Below the pieces are notes generated by a model that worked only from the letters and a program-made list of their open reading frames with translations, searched no databases and had not been told where the DNA came from. From Amoebidium appalachense (Eukaryota > Protista > Ichthyosporea), in the NCBI GenBank assembly GCA_963693365.1, contig CAVNZM010000012.1, positions 7,080,889-7,144,888 on the forward strand: 64,000 nt of DNA. The letters run 5' to 3'. Position 1 is the first letter of the stretch, and each line of letters begins with the position of its first letter. The translations under genes and the position numbers were made by a program. Shown one piece after another: positions 1-36,919 of the stretch.

Positions 1-244
1 TTGAGCAACTGATCTCTACTTACTTAGGTGGATAGCTTTCATGCAACCACTTCCACAAATGACACCGCTTTCATACACAGCGGGTAATCTTCAGGTATCA
101 CTTTCAAAAGTAAGAAAACGACTTCTAATAGACCAGGTTCATATACGCCGACCCCTTCCCAAAAAAGGCATGCTCCTTTATGAACCTATTTCCATATAAC
201 CATTTAAGACAATGGTATTTTCCTAAATAGGCAGGTGCACCTAC

Positions 245-8227
<7,983 letters not shown>

Positions 8228-8777
8228 TTTGAGAGATGTTAGCTACCTAAGAGGAAAACTTCTTTTTAAAAACCAAACGTAACGTTCCGTAATCGCCGAC
8301 TACACAGAAATTTAGGTTTTCTTTCGATTTTTTTCTTTTGCGTAAAGCAGGTAAATGAGATCCATACGATTGCGATTCGAAAAGCAGTTTCGTTACGGTA
8401 AGGGGCAAAGGAATAAGCTACCACCTGGTGACGATGTGCCCCCCCCCCCCCCCCCCCCCCCCCCTCCCGATCGAAACACATATTTGCTATGTATATCAAT
8501 ATCGCTTTGAATCACTATTACAGATAATAAATACAGATGAGTATACGTATGATTGCTATTGTTATTATAACTTGTAATTATTGAATTTCTTTCATGTTCA
8601 CCGTTGTGGAAAAGTCATTCTAAAATTTCTGTCGCAGTGTGCGCATGCATACTCAGTGTATCCTAGTATGCAGTGGATGTGGAATCTGATCCCCCGGTTA
8701 CAGTATAGTTTCCTTGGGCGGGCGGACGGGCTGGGAAAGGGAGGACTCGGCTGGAGAACTTGTGTGTGTGCGTGTGC

Positions 8778-8888
<111 letters not shown>

Positions 8889-9201
8889 GGGGGGGGGGAA
8901 GGGGGGAGGAGGGGAGGGGGGAGGGGGGAGGGGGGGCCAAATTTTGTCGCGGTTAATTAATAATAAAAAATGTATATTGGTGGTGGTGCGGCATGTGGTG
9001 GCCGTGTGTGTGTGTGTGCTAAATGGGGGGGGGGGGGGGGGGGGGGGGGGGGGAGAGAGAGGGGAAGGTGTGGAGGGGGGGGGGGGGGGGGGGTCGTAAC
9101 GAAAAGTTTGGCTCAACTTCAGTGAGATTCTACGGTACTGAGTTTGACAGCTCATGCATTGTGTTTTAGTTAGTATCATGTTTGATGTTTTGACAGTACT
9201 A

Positions 9202-9397
9202 CAATGCTTGCACTGAAAACGGCCACCAATCAGATCAAAGACAGGCTTTTGCAATATGGCACGGCTCGAATTAGGAAATAAATTTTGCTTCGCTCAGGAT
9301 TCCCGGGCGCCGGCCAAGATTAAATTCTGGACGCCATCCAATCGTATCACGAGTTCTGTCCTGTTCTGATTGGAGGTCGTTTTCAGTGCAAGGATTG
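9202..9397. mobile_element. MITE-like element with imperfect ~40-bp TIRs and TA flanks
   Basis: Left TA|caatgcttgcactgaaaacggccaccaatcag; right ctgattggaggtcgttttcagtgcaaggattg|TA. Confidence 0.65.
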
Positions 9398-9475
9398 TAA
9401 TAGAGGCCCCCCACCGACGAGCAGGAGACGGAACCCGGCATATGAGAGTGCCCGGAATGTCACCGTGGGTACTAA

Positions 9476-9557
9476 TTAAACCAACCACCGCTCCTCCCAT
9501 TTAAATTTATGCTCTGGTACCGGTTTAAGTTGTTTGGTTAAGCGGTGGTTGGTTTAA
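9476..9557. mobile_element. Very short TTAA-flanked MITE, same family as 59854-60086
   Basis: TTAA-accaaccaccgct ... agcggtggttggt-TTAA. Confidence 0.6.
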
Positions 9558-9663
9558 GTCGCCAGCCAATGATTGGTGTTTGCATCGCGGGGGAGGGGGG
9601 GGGGGGGAGGGGGGGGGGGGGGGGGGGGGGGGGCAACCACATCGGCAGAGTCAACTTGCAAAA

Positions 9664-9912
9664 TGCAGAATTATTCAATCAAAAAGCTGGATTAATCTGC
9701 AAACTTTGAAAGCAGAATTATTTTGCAAAAAGCAGCAAAAAGCAGAATTGTTCTGCTTTCGACAGCAGAATACTTCTGCTTTAGCAGAATAATTCTGCTT
9801 TTAGCTCTTTTAGCAGATTGATTCTGCTCTTTGCAGGGTGATTCTGCTTTAAAAAGGAGATTGATTTTGAGAAAGCAGAATAATTCTGCTTTTTAGCAGA
9901 ATAATTTTGCTT
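9664..9912. repeat. Array of the palindromic motif AGCAGAATAATTCTGCT
   Basis: About 10 degenerate copies, e.g. agcagaattgttctgct, agcagaatacttctgct, agcagaataattctgct, agcagattgattctgct. Confidence 0.8.
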
Positions 9913-11334
9913 TTTTGGAGGAAAGGAGGCTGAGGGTGCGGCACACTCCGCCCGTGTATAAATTATAATAATGATATTATTTGATCTTGTAATTTTATTG
10001 GTAGTTTAAACTATGGGCATTTACTTTTGGCATGTGATTATTTGCTCACCAGTGTGTGTGTGTTCTTGATCGTACTTATTCGTTGCTGTATGAGATTAAC
10101 CGTTGATGCGCCATTCAATTGGTAAAACTCACACTAGTTCTGGGGACTGAATGATGTTTAGATGTGCTCATGTGCACAGTGACTCCGGGATGAAGTTGCA
10201 AATTCGGAAAATACTTGCATATTTTGGTGGTGGTGGTTGGGGGTGGAGGGGGGGGGGGGGAGGGGGGGGGGGGGGGAGGGAGGGAGGGAGGGAGGGAGGG
10301 AGAGGGGGGGGGGGGGGGGGGGGGGGCATCTCTTTTGAAGCAAAGAAGGTTTTAATCAGGCTTTGGAATGTAAAATGTCAATGCAACATCGCAAGTGACC
10401 CCGGTTCAAGTTGGCTTAGCAAAGCATATGTGGTTGCTGGTGTAGTATGTATTCTGCATAATGCCTTGTGAATTGAGTTTTTTCAATGTTGTTTTTAGGT
10501 AGCATATGACGCAAATATTTTTTATGTCACCTTGCCTATTAACAGTATCATGTCCACCATTAGGGCCAGTTTACAGATTGGTAGCAAGCGGCAACCCAAC
10601 ATTAAATAATTTTATTCTTTACACAACAAAAGGGTTTTAGACTAATAACACCTTATAGCACCGTGATGTTAAAAACAGGCAATGTGACAAGCTTAAGTTG
10701 AAATCTCAGTAAACGGTTATGCCATGCAACAGCAAAAGCAAACCTCACTCAGTCTGGAAAGGATCACGATATTGCAAAGAAAGCAATAAACTAACCTATG
10801 TATGTGAATCATCGGACCCAACTTGAAAATCGCCGAAAAAGAAACAAGGCCGGGATCTCGGTGTCAAGAGTGTTGCGCACATAAGGGAAACATCTCGAGT
10901 TAGTGACTGTGTAACAACACCATCGTACTATTACAACCTTACACTAGTACTATACGGCGTAGCTAGCCAGCTGCAAAAATACTCTCCCCCCCCCCCCCCC
11001 TTCCCCCCCCTTCCCCCCCGTCCCCCCCCCCCCCCCCCCCCCCCCCCTCTCCATCGGGCCTCCGGGACCCCCTGCGCGTGTGCTTTGCCCTAGCCTCCGG
11101 CCCCCCAAAAAGGCTATATGTGTTTAGTATTAACCCTACCAGGAGGCGTATCTATCTGCACCCATGCCTAGTACTGTATATATCATGTGCCACCACAATT
11201 AACGATTACCCATGCATATGCATGTGCACATCTACACAGCATCGACTGGGCTCACCATATTTCGGTGAATGGGGGGCTGCTGAGATGCGTACGCATGACG
11301 CGTATGGGGGAGAAGGCACAGGGTGATAATGGGC

Positions 11335-11434
<100 letters not shown>

Positions 11435-11451
11435 CGCACGTGTGTGTGTGC

Positions 11452-11487
<36 letters not shown>

Positions 11488-12248
11488 ATGCACCTGTGAC
11501 CAAAAAGTGAATTCCTGCCTTTATTATTTACCATATGGGGACGCAGATCGTACCTGCACTTGCCCATCAAAAGAACAAGACGATTCCCATATATATCTTA
11601 AACCTATCTTACTATTATATCCCAATTATATCCCAATCCTAAAATGTGCACACAAAAAAACCTGCATCGATGCTTGTCATTCGAAAGATACGGTCCATCA
11701 TAACCCCCCCCCCCCCCCCCCCCTCCCCCCGGCCCCCATTGTTATGGCAGGTAGCGGTGTTAGCAATAGCAGACCCACCAAAATACCATGGCCCTTGATA
11801 ATAATCTATGAAATACCTTTAAGAGGTTCAGTGCTGTTCGAATTCGCTATCATCATGCATCTCTCGAGATTCACAACCTAAAGCACAAAAGTAAATCCAT
11901 TGCAAGTCAGAGCTTGCCCATAGTGAATATGTCCTCTAAGTACCTGACATGCACATCCACCCGATTATGTGACCAAAATAGATATACCATGAGATATGAC
12001 ACATACTGCTAGCGCTATATGTTCGTACACTCGCTGTTTTCTATCATATATACCTCCCTTTCTCTATCAGGTAGAAAACTATAACAAAACCTAGTACTGA
12101 ACGTCGCCACAACAGCCAAAATGAGAAACAACCGTGAGCAACTAATGATTTTCTAATGACACCATGGTCGTAGGAGCTAAGTGCCACAAAAACCACCCCT
12201 ATTTCCGTTTTTTGCAACATGAAACTACGGCATTTTCCGCAATTTCCG

Positions 12249-23249
<11,001 letters not shown>

Positions 23250-23731
23250 TTTTTCAGCAACTGTGGAGTTACACTATGAAGACGTTACGACCCAGTGCCT
23301 GTTTACTTGCCTCCAATGACATGCACGCGTTTGCTTCCCTTCACTTGTGGTGCATGCAAAACCACAACAGTGGAATAACGAGGAATAGAGTGGTGATCAT
23401 GTGCACAAAAAAAGGGGGAAAAAAGGGAAACGATCAGCGTGGGGAAGGGGCGAAGTGGGGAGGGGGGGATGCAGTCTTGATTGAAAGAGAAGCAAGGGGG
23501 AGTGAAATGGGGAGAGACGCAGGAGGGGGGAGGACGCAGGGGGGGGGGGGGGGGGGGGGGGGAGGGGGAGGGGCGTTGAACTTCAGCCCAGAGAAGAAAT
23601 TTGTTGCTTGCTCATGCTATTAGCAAGAAAGAGTGATACAAGTCATTCCCACAGGATGCGAACAAAGGGAACCAGATGGGGGGCGGAGAAGGGGCAGTGA
23701 AAAGGGGAAAGGGGGAAGGGGGAAGGGGAGA

Positions 23732-23767
<36 letters not shown>

Positions 23768-23888
23768 AGAAAGAGAAAGAAAACACGCACCTATGAATGC
23801 AGCAATGGCCTGCGTGTGTATAAACACCGGGTGAGTCGTACCCGGAGTGTTATTCTTCGCTCTGTATCTGTGTCTCTCCGCCTCTCTG

Positions 23889-23934
<46 letters not shown>

Positions 23935-24610
23935 CCTCTCTCTCGCTCTCTCTCCCCACACAGCTCTCGCTCTCTCTCTCGAGATGATCATGGCGCAAAC
24001 TGTGATACCTTTTTGACCAATCACATCACAGAGATGAAAGTCTCACCCTGGTGACGTAATCAACCACCTGTTTCGAAAGGACTTACATGTTCGGGTTTTG
24101 CTCCGGCAAAAGCAGGCCACCATGTATCTATATTCAGCTATAGTGAATTATAGTTCCATAATATGAAAAAAAAATTACAGCCACAAAAAAAAAACTGATG
24201 TAAATGTGTTTTTTCTTTGAGCTATCAAGAGAGTAAGCTGAGTACTGTATTCTGATGGATGGCAGCCAGCGGTAAAGTTACTTTCTTTTAGCGTTTTCTT
24301 GATGTAATGGGATTGGTGCTTTAGTTTTTCTGTTGCCTGCACAAGTTTATGTGCCCAATCATATAATTATTTGGTCAACAGCGGAGTTTGTCTGCTATTT
24401 TCCGGAATTTTTCCTGCTCCGAACTGTATGATTGGTTATTGATTTTGTTACGTATCATAACACTTCTACATCCTTGCTCGCCCGACGAACTGTGTTGCAT
24501 GCAGGAATTTTTTTTTCTTTGCATGTATCATATATTATTTTTTTTTTTTCTAGCAGAAATGGAAATAAAAGAACAAGAAAAACCTAAACTCGGGAAGCGG
24601 ATTCAAAGAA

Positions 24611-24798
24611 AGTCACGTGACTACCCACATGCTGCAGCAGCGGTAAAAAGAAATTCCAACAACAATGACTTAGAACCAATGGATACATCCCGTTTGCCAT
24701 GGTACACCAATCACAACGCTTCCAAAGCTTTAGGCTTATTGCCGGTGCGCCCTCGCGGACAGTTCCGGACTTTTCATTGCCGGCAAAAAGGTATAAAT
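24611..24798 (+). promoter_or_regulatory. HSP90 proximal promoter: E-box palindrome, CCAAT boxes, HSE-like array, TATA box
   Basis: AGTCACGTGACT at 24611-24622; CCAAT near 24676 and 24707; gGACagTTCcgGACttTTCa at 24757-24776; TATAAAT at 24792-24798, about 75 bp before the ATG. Confidence 0.6.
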
Positions 24799-24865
24799 AG
24801 TCGGTCGCGCCAGCACATGGATCATATTTTTTTTTTGTTTTGTGCTTCGGGCAAAACACACTTAG

Positions 24866-29066
<4,201 letters not shown>

Positions 29067-29770
29067 ACGTCAGCCGTCAGCCTTCATGCAACATCGGGTG
29101 TGTGGACATATAAAAATGGACTGTGTGCACATGCGTGTGTTGTAGACTGAAGGGTGTTTTTCAGGCGCTTGTTCGTTTTAATTCTTTTTTTGGAATGGAT
29201 AGGTGAAGGAAAACGTCAACTTTCTGAATAGCTCACTCCCATCATACTTGCATAGTTTGCACACGCTTTCATTGCATAACACAACACCACTTTCATACAT
29301 TTTCATATTCATATAAAGCGCATTTGCACACTTTTGGCGTGGCTTCGCTCCACGTTATATAATGTGAATAGGAGCGAATATGGCTCGGAGCCTATTGTAT
29401 GTACATGAAGTATACTGCATCGTATGTGAACGGCACGAGACCGTGTATAGACTACTACCGAGAAATAAATTTCAGGTATTCTTGAAGGTGTTGTCTTTGC
29501 CTTCGACTCCTTCGACTCTCCCTCCCCCCCCCCCCCCCCCCCCCCCCCCCACCACCACCACCACCACCACCACCACAACCAATTTACACACACACACTGA
29601 CAAAAAGACGGACACTTTGTTACACATCACTTGCACAAATACCTAAGACACACGACACTCACAGAAGGAACAACAACATGCCCTTGGCCCCCATTCCCCT
29701 ACTCCCACCACACACACACACACTTAGACGGACACATACAAAACTCTCGCACCATTAACCGCACCTCCCC

Positions 29771-29801
<31 letters not shown>

Positions 29802-30619
29802 ACACTCACCCACCACTATGCACCCCTCAAAAAAGAGTCGGACACCGCAAACCGTTTACACATCTCCCCCCCCCCCCCACCACCACCCCAACCACAACCA
29901 CCCCACACACACAAACACCACAAAGTGTACCCACGCTGTGACACAGAGACACACGCATGCACAAGCACATGAATCGAACAGATAAGTACCACACACACGG
30001 AGACAGGCACTTCTGTAACCCGCATTATCAATTCTGCTACTAGTGTTCTTACCTACAGCGTTTACACACACTTTAGACCAAATTGAATGTGTTTGAAGAT
30101 AGAACACACTCGTCACACATTGCACCTACACTATGATCTAGCTGCAAAAACGAATGCACGAACATGCCCCCCCCCCCCCCCCCACCCCACCCCCCCACAT
30201 TTACACAGACACTTCCTTCCGTCATGTACGCACTTCCATGGCCACCAATTTCTCTCGTACGTTATCAGGACCACATTTCCCACTTTGTCTCCCCCCCCCC
30301 GGATTTTGTTGCATGCTAAATGCGTTGCTGGTGGGGCACTGCCGGAATTCTTGATTCTTTGCAATCACATGCGCCTTGCACCGCTTGGCTACGGTGTCAT
30401 AACAGTACTGCATGTCCAAGTGTAAGGTGTAAACTTTTTGCGCATTATAAGAGAAATCCTCACCTTCCGGCTGATGTCTAGGGGCAGGGCTTGTGCACGC
30501 TGATATCATAATAATGCAACACTTGCTCGGAAACTTTATCTACTTCAGGCTCTAGAGCCTCCTAGAAGCCCCGTCTATTCTGCTAGCTTGTTTGTCAGTA
30601 TTTTTCTTGCTTTTTCCAA

Positions 30620-30655
<36 letters not shown>

Positions 30656-31124
30656 TATAGGCCCTCTCTCCTGGAGGCACCACAAAAATGGCCCGTCTTG
30701 CGAAGCTCTGCATCGATCAGAATCCCCTCCCCGCCCTCACCCCCCTCCCACGTGCATCCACCCCACTCACCCACACTGCCCCGTGCGCTCCCCAAAATGC
30801 CCGGATGGGCCGGATTTTGCTTCTCATATATATGCATAGTGCAACATTCGCCCGCCCTGGTGTTTGTTGACCCTTCTATTAGATTCAATATATCTTCTAA
30901 ATTGGTGTTTTATAACTCTTGCCATGATCATGATACTGCCATACATAATGTGAATGTTGACTTTAGAAGATAGTCCCCCCATGCCCCCCCCCCCCCCCCC
31001 CCCTCTCCTCCCCCTCCCCCTTTCCCTCCCTCGCCGTCCCGGGCAGGCATTTTTGCCCCCAGGGTTTTTGCCCCCAGGTTTTTTTTGGGTCAGTGAGCTT
31101 TGGAAGATCCTCCCCAAGGAAATT

Positions 31125-31158
<34 letters not shown>

Positions 31159-31415
31159 TTATCCGTGCCCTTTATTTTTTTTTGACCCCCCCCCCCCCCC
31201 CCCCCCCCCTACTACTCCCCCCTCTCTCAATACAAGGGCAAGAAAAAAAAGAAAAGAAAAGAAAAGAAATAAGAAAAGAAAAGAAATAAGAAAAGAAAAA
31301 AAAATCGGAGGAAAAAAAAAAAAGAAAAGAAAAGAAACAAAAATGGAAACCGTTGAAAGAATTGATTTAAGTTGTTTTTCTTGCACGTGACGTGTGAATC
31401 AAAGGCTTCAGAAAA

Positions 31416-31460
<45 letters not shown>

Positions 31461-32714
31461 ATCACACACAAACACACAGACACACACACACAGACACACA
31501 CACACACACAGACACACAACACACAGACACACACACAGACACACAGACACACACCGACACACAAACACAGACACACACACACAGACACACACACACACAC
31601 AGACACACAAACACACAGACACAGACACACAGACACACAGACACACAGACACACACACAGACACACACACACACAGACACAGCAACACACAAAACGTGTA
31701 ATGGCCCCAACACATACTAGTCTATTAAGCAGAAAAAACTTGTTACAAGCTGAACCAGAATAGGTCTGAAAAATTAAAATATCATGTTTGACTCTAGATT
31801 ATTGCCAATTAGTTTGCAATGAATCATACTGTTAACTAAAACTTCGATCTCTGAAAATCATTACACATAACATAGCAGAATGACTCAGCAATTGCAAAAG
31901 CAGATCGTGACTACGGATCATATCATTGATTATGAGCTCAGTAGTTGTAAGAGGCTCATGTCTTTGGCCCCCCCCCCCCCCCCCCCCTCCCCGGAGGCCC
32001 CTGCACCCCCCCCCCCCCCTCCCCCGGAGGCCCCTGCACCCCCCCCACCCCCCCCCCCTCTTCCCGCCCCATCATGCAGCGTCAGACCCACGAAGAGCAT
32101 CGGGGGCTTTTTTTTGTTCACTACACAAATAGAAGCGGGGTTCTTGTTTCTTTCTAGGGAGAGGGAACAAGGGAGGAAGGGAAGGGGGGGGGGGGGGGGG
32201 GGAGAGAGAGAGAGAGAGAGAGGTGGGGAGGGCAGAGAGGGATAGTGGGGGGGGGAGGGGGGGGGGGGGGGGGGGAGCATCCGTGGCTGGGTTGCAGGTT
32301 GCTATTGCAGGGTTACCTGTGGGCCCGGCTTGTTTCCGGGCAGAGCCCGTGTGTATGTTTTGTGTGTGTGCACGTGTGCGATTGTGCAAGTGTGTGTGTG
32401 TGTGTGCGCGCGCGAGCACAGGTGTCACTTAGTTGTTAACACAACGTCACGATCATGTTGTATCGTTGTATATTTGCTCTCAGTCTACTACATGCATGTG
32501 CATGCCTGACCACACCACAGCACGGGTAACTCCCCCAGGCCGGAGGAGGTACGCATACACACTGTTTATATAGTCCAATGACATGTATTTGATTCAATAG
32601 TTTACGACAAATCTATCACTATGTTAATGTTTACACCCACCAAGTCAAAACATTCGTATCAATGCATCTTCAGTATTCTTTCAATGGACAATGTGGTCAG
32701 TTTCTTCCCCATTC

Positions 32715-32759
<45 letters not shown>

Positions 32760-32944
32760 TGCCCCCCACCACTCCCACTCCTCCCCTCACCCTCCCCCCT
32801 CCCACCCCCTCCCCTCACCTCCTCTGCCCCCCCTTCTCACCACCACACTCGCGCACACACACCGTGTCTAGCGCTGGCGAGCTGCTACAGACACTAACAC
32901 ATGGACTGTACCTCTTCTGCACAGAGCCAAATCCTCCCCCTCCA

Positions 32945-32995
<51 letters not shown>

Positions 32996-33247
32996 AAAAA
33001 AAAAAAAAAAACTGGAAAAAAATAAAAAATAAAAAAATCAAGCACCACGGTGACCACCCACGGGGCCCAGCACGTCCCCCACCACTCAGGTTCACCGTCC
33101 CAATCCCACACTTATAAATGCTTTAAGCACTAATTCACATTACTCCAGTGGTTGGGTTGAATGTAAACATGGATGTGTGTGTGTGGGGGGAGGGGGGGGA
33201 GGGAGGGGGGAGGGGGGATAGGTAGGAGGCGGGGAGGGGGGGAGGGG

Positions 33248-33279
<32 letters not shown>

Positions 33280-33390
33280 AAGTGTAGAACGTGCTTGTGA
33301 CGTGTAACGGATAAGTTAATGTGCAAGCTTAAGTATATACATGTAGGACATGCGTGTGTGCGTTACTCTCGTGATCCTGTTCATCGTGTT

Positions 33391-33474
<84 letters not shown>

Positions 33475-33672
33475 CACGCGTGTGTGCGCTTGCTCGCGCG
33501 GGTGTGTAAGTGTGTGTGTGTGTGTGTGTGTGTGGCGAGGTTACTAAGAGATATTTTTGTTGCAAATTTGTGCGCTGTGGACTTAAAGCCCATATACTGG
33601 CATACAAACTCGAACGGGTTGAGGGGGCGGGCGGGGGGGGTGGGGGGGGTTGAGAAGGGAGAGGGGGTTGAG

Positions 33673-33703
<31 letters not shown>

Positions 33704-33980
33704 AGGGAGGGAGGGGGGGGGGGGGGGGGGGGGGAGGGAGGAGGACAGTGCCACTGTGCCAATATGCTGATGACCCAATAGACAGAAATATGGTGGCAGC
33801 CTTAGAATGCTGAATATTTTGACGAAAAATCTGCAACACTCCTGACTAATTCGTAAATAAAATGGAATTTCCCAGGAATCCCGGAATCATTGGCAGTAAT
33901 CTTATTGGTTGCGTTTGATTAGCTTGTTCATAATGTTGTCGGTTCTATTGGTTGGGGTGTGAAGATGGTGGGGTGCACGT

Positions 33981-34018
<38 letters not shown>

Positions 34019-34224
34019 GGGGCGGGGGGGGGGGGGGGGGGGGGGGGGGGTTGGTGGTGCTGTTGTCGATAATGACCGAGGGAGGGATGGAGAAAGTGAA
34101 ATGCAGCTGCTTCGACCCCCCCCTCCCCCCTCCCCCTCTCCCCTTTGCCTCCATTCCCTCCCCTCCCCCCCCCCCCCGCCCCCCCCCTCTCCCCCCCCCC
34201 CCCCCCCCCCCCCCCCCTTCCCCC

Positions 34225-34258
<34 letters not shown>

Positions 34259-34380
34259 ATCCCACCCAACCGCTCTCTCCCTCCGAGTCTCTTGAGCCGG
34301 TGGCCCCAAACACCTCAGGGGAAAAAAACAAAAAAGTCGTCTGCCTTCATGGTTCTGGAAATCGATTTCTGTCGAGAGAT

Positions 34381-34431
34381 AAATTTTAAAGCTTGCAAAT
34401 TTAAAGCATGCAAATTTAAAGCTTGCAAATT
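34381..34431. repeat. 15-bp tandem repeat x3
   Basis: aaatttaaagc(t/a)tgc repeated. Confidence 0.75.
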
Positions 34432-35314
34432 GCCGGCCGTAAATACCGGCTAAAAATACTAAAAGGAGAGGCAGAGCTGGCTAACTGGGGGGAGGATATT
34501 ACTTCATCGTGCAGGTTTCCCCCTCCCTCTTTCCTTGCCTCCCCCCCCCCCCCTCCCCCCTCCCCCTCCCCCCCCCCCCCTCCCCCCCGCACCCCCCCCC
34601 CCCCTCCCCCATCCCCCCTCCCACCCGCCCACAACACCCACCCACACCCTGCTTACTCAATTATCCTGCTCTTACCTCCACGCTCATATAAACTTTCCTC
34701 TTTCTCCACTCACACCATCTGCACTGCAAACCCCCACCCCCCAATCCCTCCCCCCCCCCCCCCAAAAAAAAATAAAAAATAAAAAAATAAACAATCCACC
34801 CCCCCCCCCCCCCCTCGTCGTCCCAGCCCCTCCCCCCCCCCCCCCCCCCCCCCCCTCTCCGCCGCACCCCCCCCCCCCCCCTCCCTTTGCCCCCCAGCTT
34901 CCTCCCCCTTCCCCCCCCCCCATCCACCCTCCCTCCCCCCCCCCTCCCCCCCCCCCCCCCCCCCACACACACACACCACCACCACCACAACCACCACCCC
35001 CGACCTTCCCCTCTAGGTGTGCGTGTGTAAAACGGATGTTTCAATGTGACGTTGGTACGACTACATGTGTTATTGTGCAGAGCCTAATGCGCTCGCGCGT
35101 GTCTGCTGGTGTTGATAAATGGATGTGTCCACTTGCAGGCCCGTGCGTGCTCATCGTGGTGCTCATAAGAAACGGTATGTGTGCCTGTACGTGTGTTGGG
35201 ATCTTTCTCTGTGTGTCTGCCTGCGCAATATTTGTGTACAAAGATGTGCGCCGTTTGGATAGAAGAAGCGTATGTAAATAGTCTGTTAGGGTTTTCGTCG
35301 TTTTTTTTTTTTTT

Positions 35315-35345
<31 letters not shown>

Positions 35346-35518
35346 GGGGGGGAGGGGGGGGAGGGGGGGGAGGGGAGGGGGGAAGGGGGGAGGGGGGAAG
35401 TCTCGGATGTAAATATAGCAGGTGGATTCGGAGGCTCTCGGTTGGGGATGTAGCGTTTTGCCAATATACCCGGCAGGGGCAGGAAGGCGGTGGGGGGGGG
35501 GAGGGGGGGGGGGGGATG

Positions 35519-35562
35519 TATCGATAGAGAATCGATAGAGAATCGATATCGATAGAGAATCT
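35519..35562. repeat. ATCGATAGAGA short tandem repeat
   Basis: atcgatagaga atcgatagaga atcgat atcgatagaga. Confidence 0.75.
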
Positions 35563-35829
35563 CGAATGTATGTTGACCTTCACTGATTTAAAGCTATTAA
35601 AATTAAAATTAGTTTAATTGTATAAATCCGACTCGTGATGAGGATATTTTTTGCTAAAGCTATGACACAGTGCTGGTGGGTACCGGTGTGTCGAGGCCTT
35701 GCTGCAAAGAGACTTGAATCTGAAACAGGAGTGTGAGGAGAACAATATGAGGACGAGCCCGGGGTGAAAGAGAGGGAGAGGCGGGGGTGGGGGGTGGGGG
35801 GGGAGGGGGGGAGGGGGGGGGGAGTTTTT

Positions 35830-35861
<32 letters not shown>

Positions 35862-35917
35862 CTCGGTAAGATGTGTTGGGCTGGGGGGGGGGGGGGGGAA
35901 GGGAGAGGAGGAGGGGA

Positions 35918-35949
<32 letters not shown>

Positions 35950-36250
35950 GGGCAGGGGAGGGTGGAGGGAGAAAGGGAAACAGGTCTACTTCCAATGATG
36001 TGAAAGGGTTCGGAATTTAGTGGGCCGATATCTGCTCAGGCGGTAGTGGAACACGCAGGGAAAAAAGGGAGGGGGGGGAGGGGGAGGGAGAGGGTTGTCA
36101 TCAGAATTGTATGTATGAAAGTGGCAGTGATATTAGAAAGTGGCAGTGATGTTAGTAATACTATACGAGACCGTCGGTGAGCTCGGAAGGTGATAAAGGA
36201 GAGCGACATCGGTCGGGTGAAAGGGTTTGGAGACAAAACAGGTCAGACCT

Positions 36251-36322
<72 letters not shown>

Positions 36323-36880
36323 GGTAAAAAAACAAAAAAACAAAAAAAACAACAAAAAAACAAGAAAAAATAAAACTTTTCTTGGATAACACTTTTTCTT
36401 CCGTACGTACGTGACTGGCGAAGAGCTTGTTAGTGCACTACTCGTGGCATATATAGTATACTATACGGTATATAATGCACACGTGTGCGCGTAGCCGTTA
36501 GTGAATGCACATGCATGCAAAGTACCCTTTAGCGGACGCACGTGCGTGTCCTCCATGCATAGCAGTTAATGTACATAGTGTCCATGTATACACACCGTGC
36601 TTAGATTGCAGTGTTGCCCGGTATACATGCCTACTCATTGTTGCACACTATTTGAATCTGATCCTAAGTGTCTGAGTCTTGACACGGAATATTAACCCCG
36701 TGTGTACATACGCCGGGGGGAAAGGGCCGAGGCTGCTCGCCTCATTAGTTTGTAGGGGCTCCAAAAAAAGTAACTTTTTTCGGACCCGGGGGGAGGGAGG
36801 GAGGGGAGGGGGAGAGGGGGGAGGCAGGGAGGGATGGGAAGGGGGAAGGTTGGGTAGTGGGTGGGTGGGGGTTCACCGGT

Positions 36881-36919
<39 letters not shown>

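Noticed and set aside
9664-9912. CRISPR-like palindromic repeat array
   Set aside because: Spacers are very short and irregular, repeats are degenerate, the context is eukaryotic and no cas genes are present.
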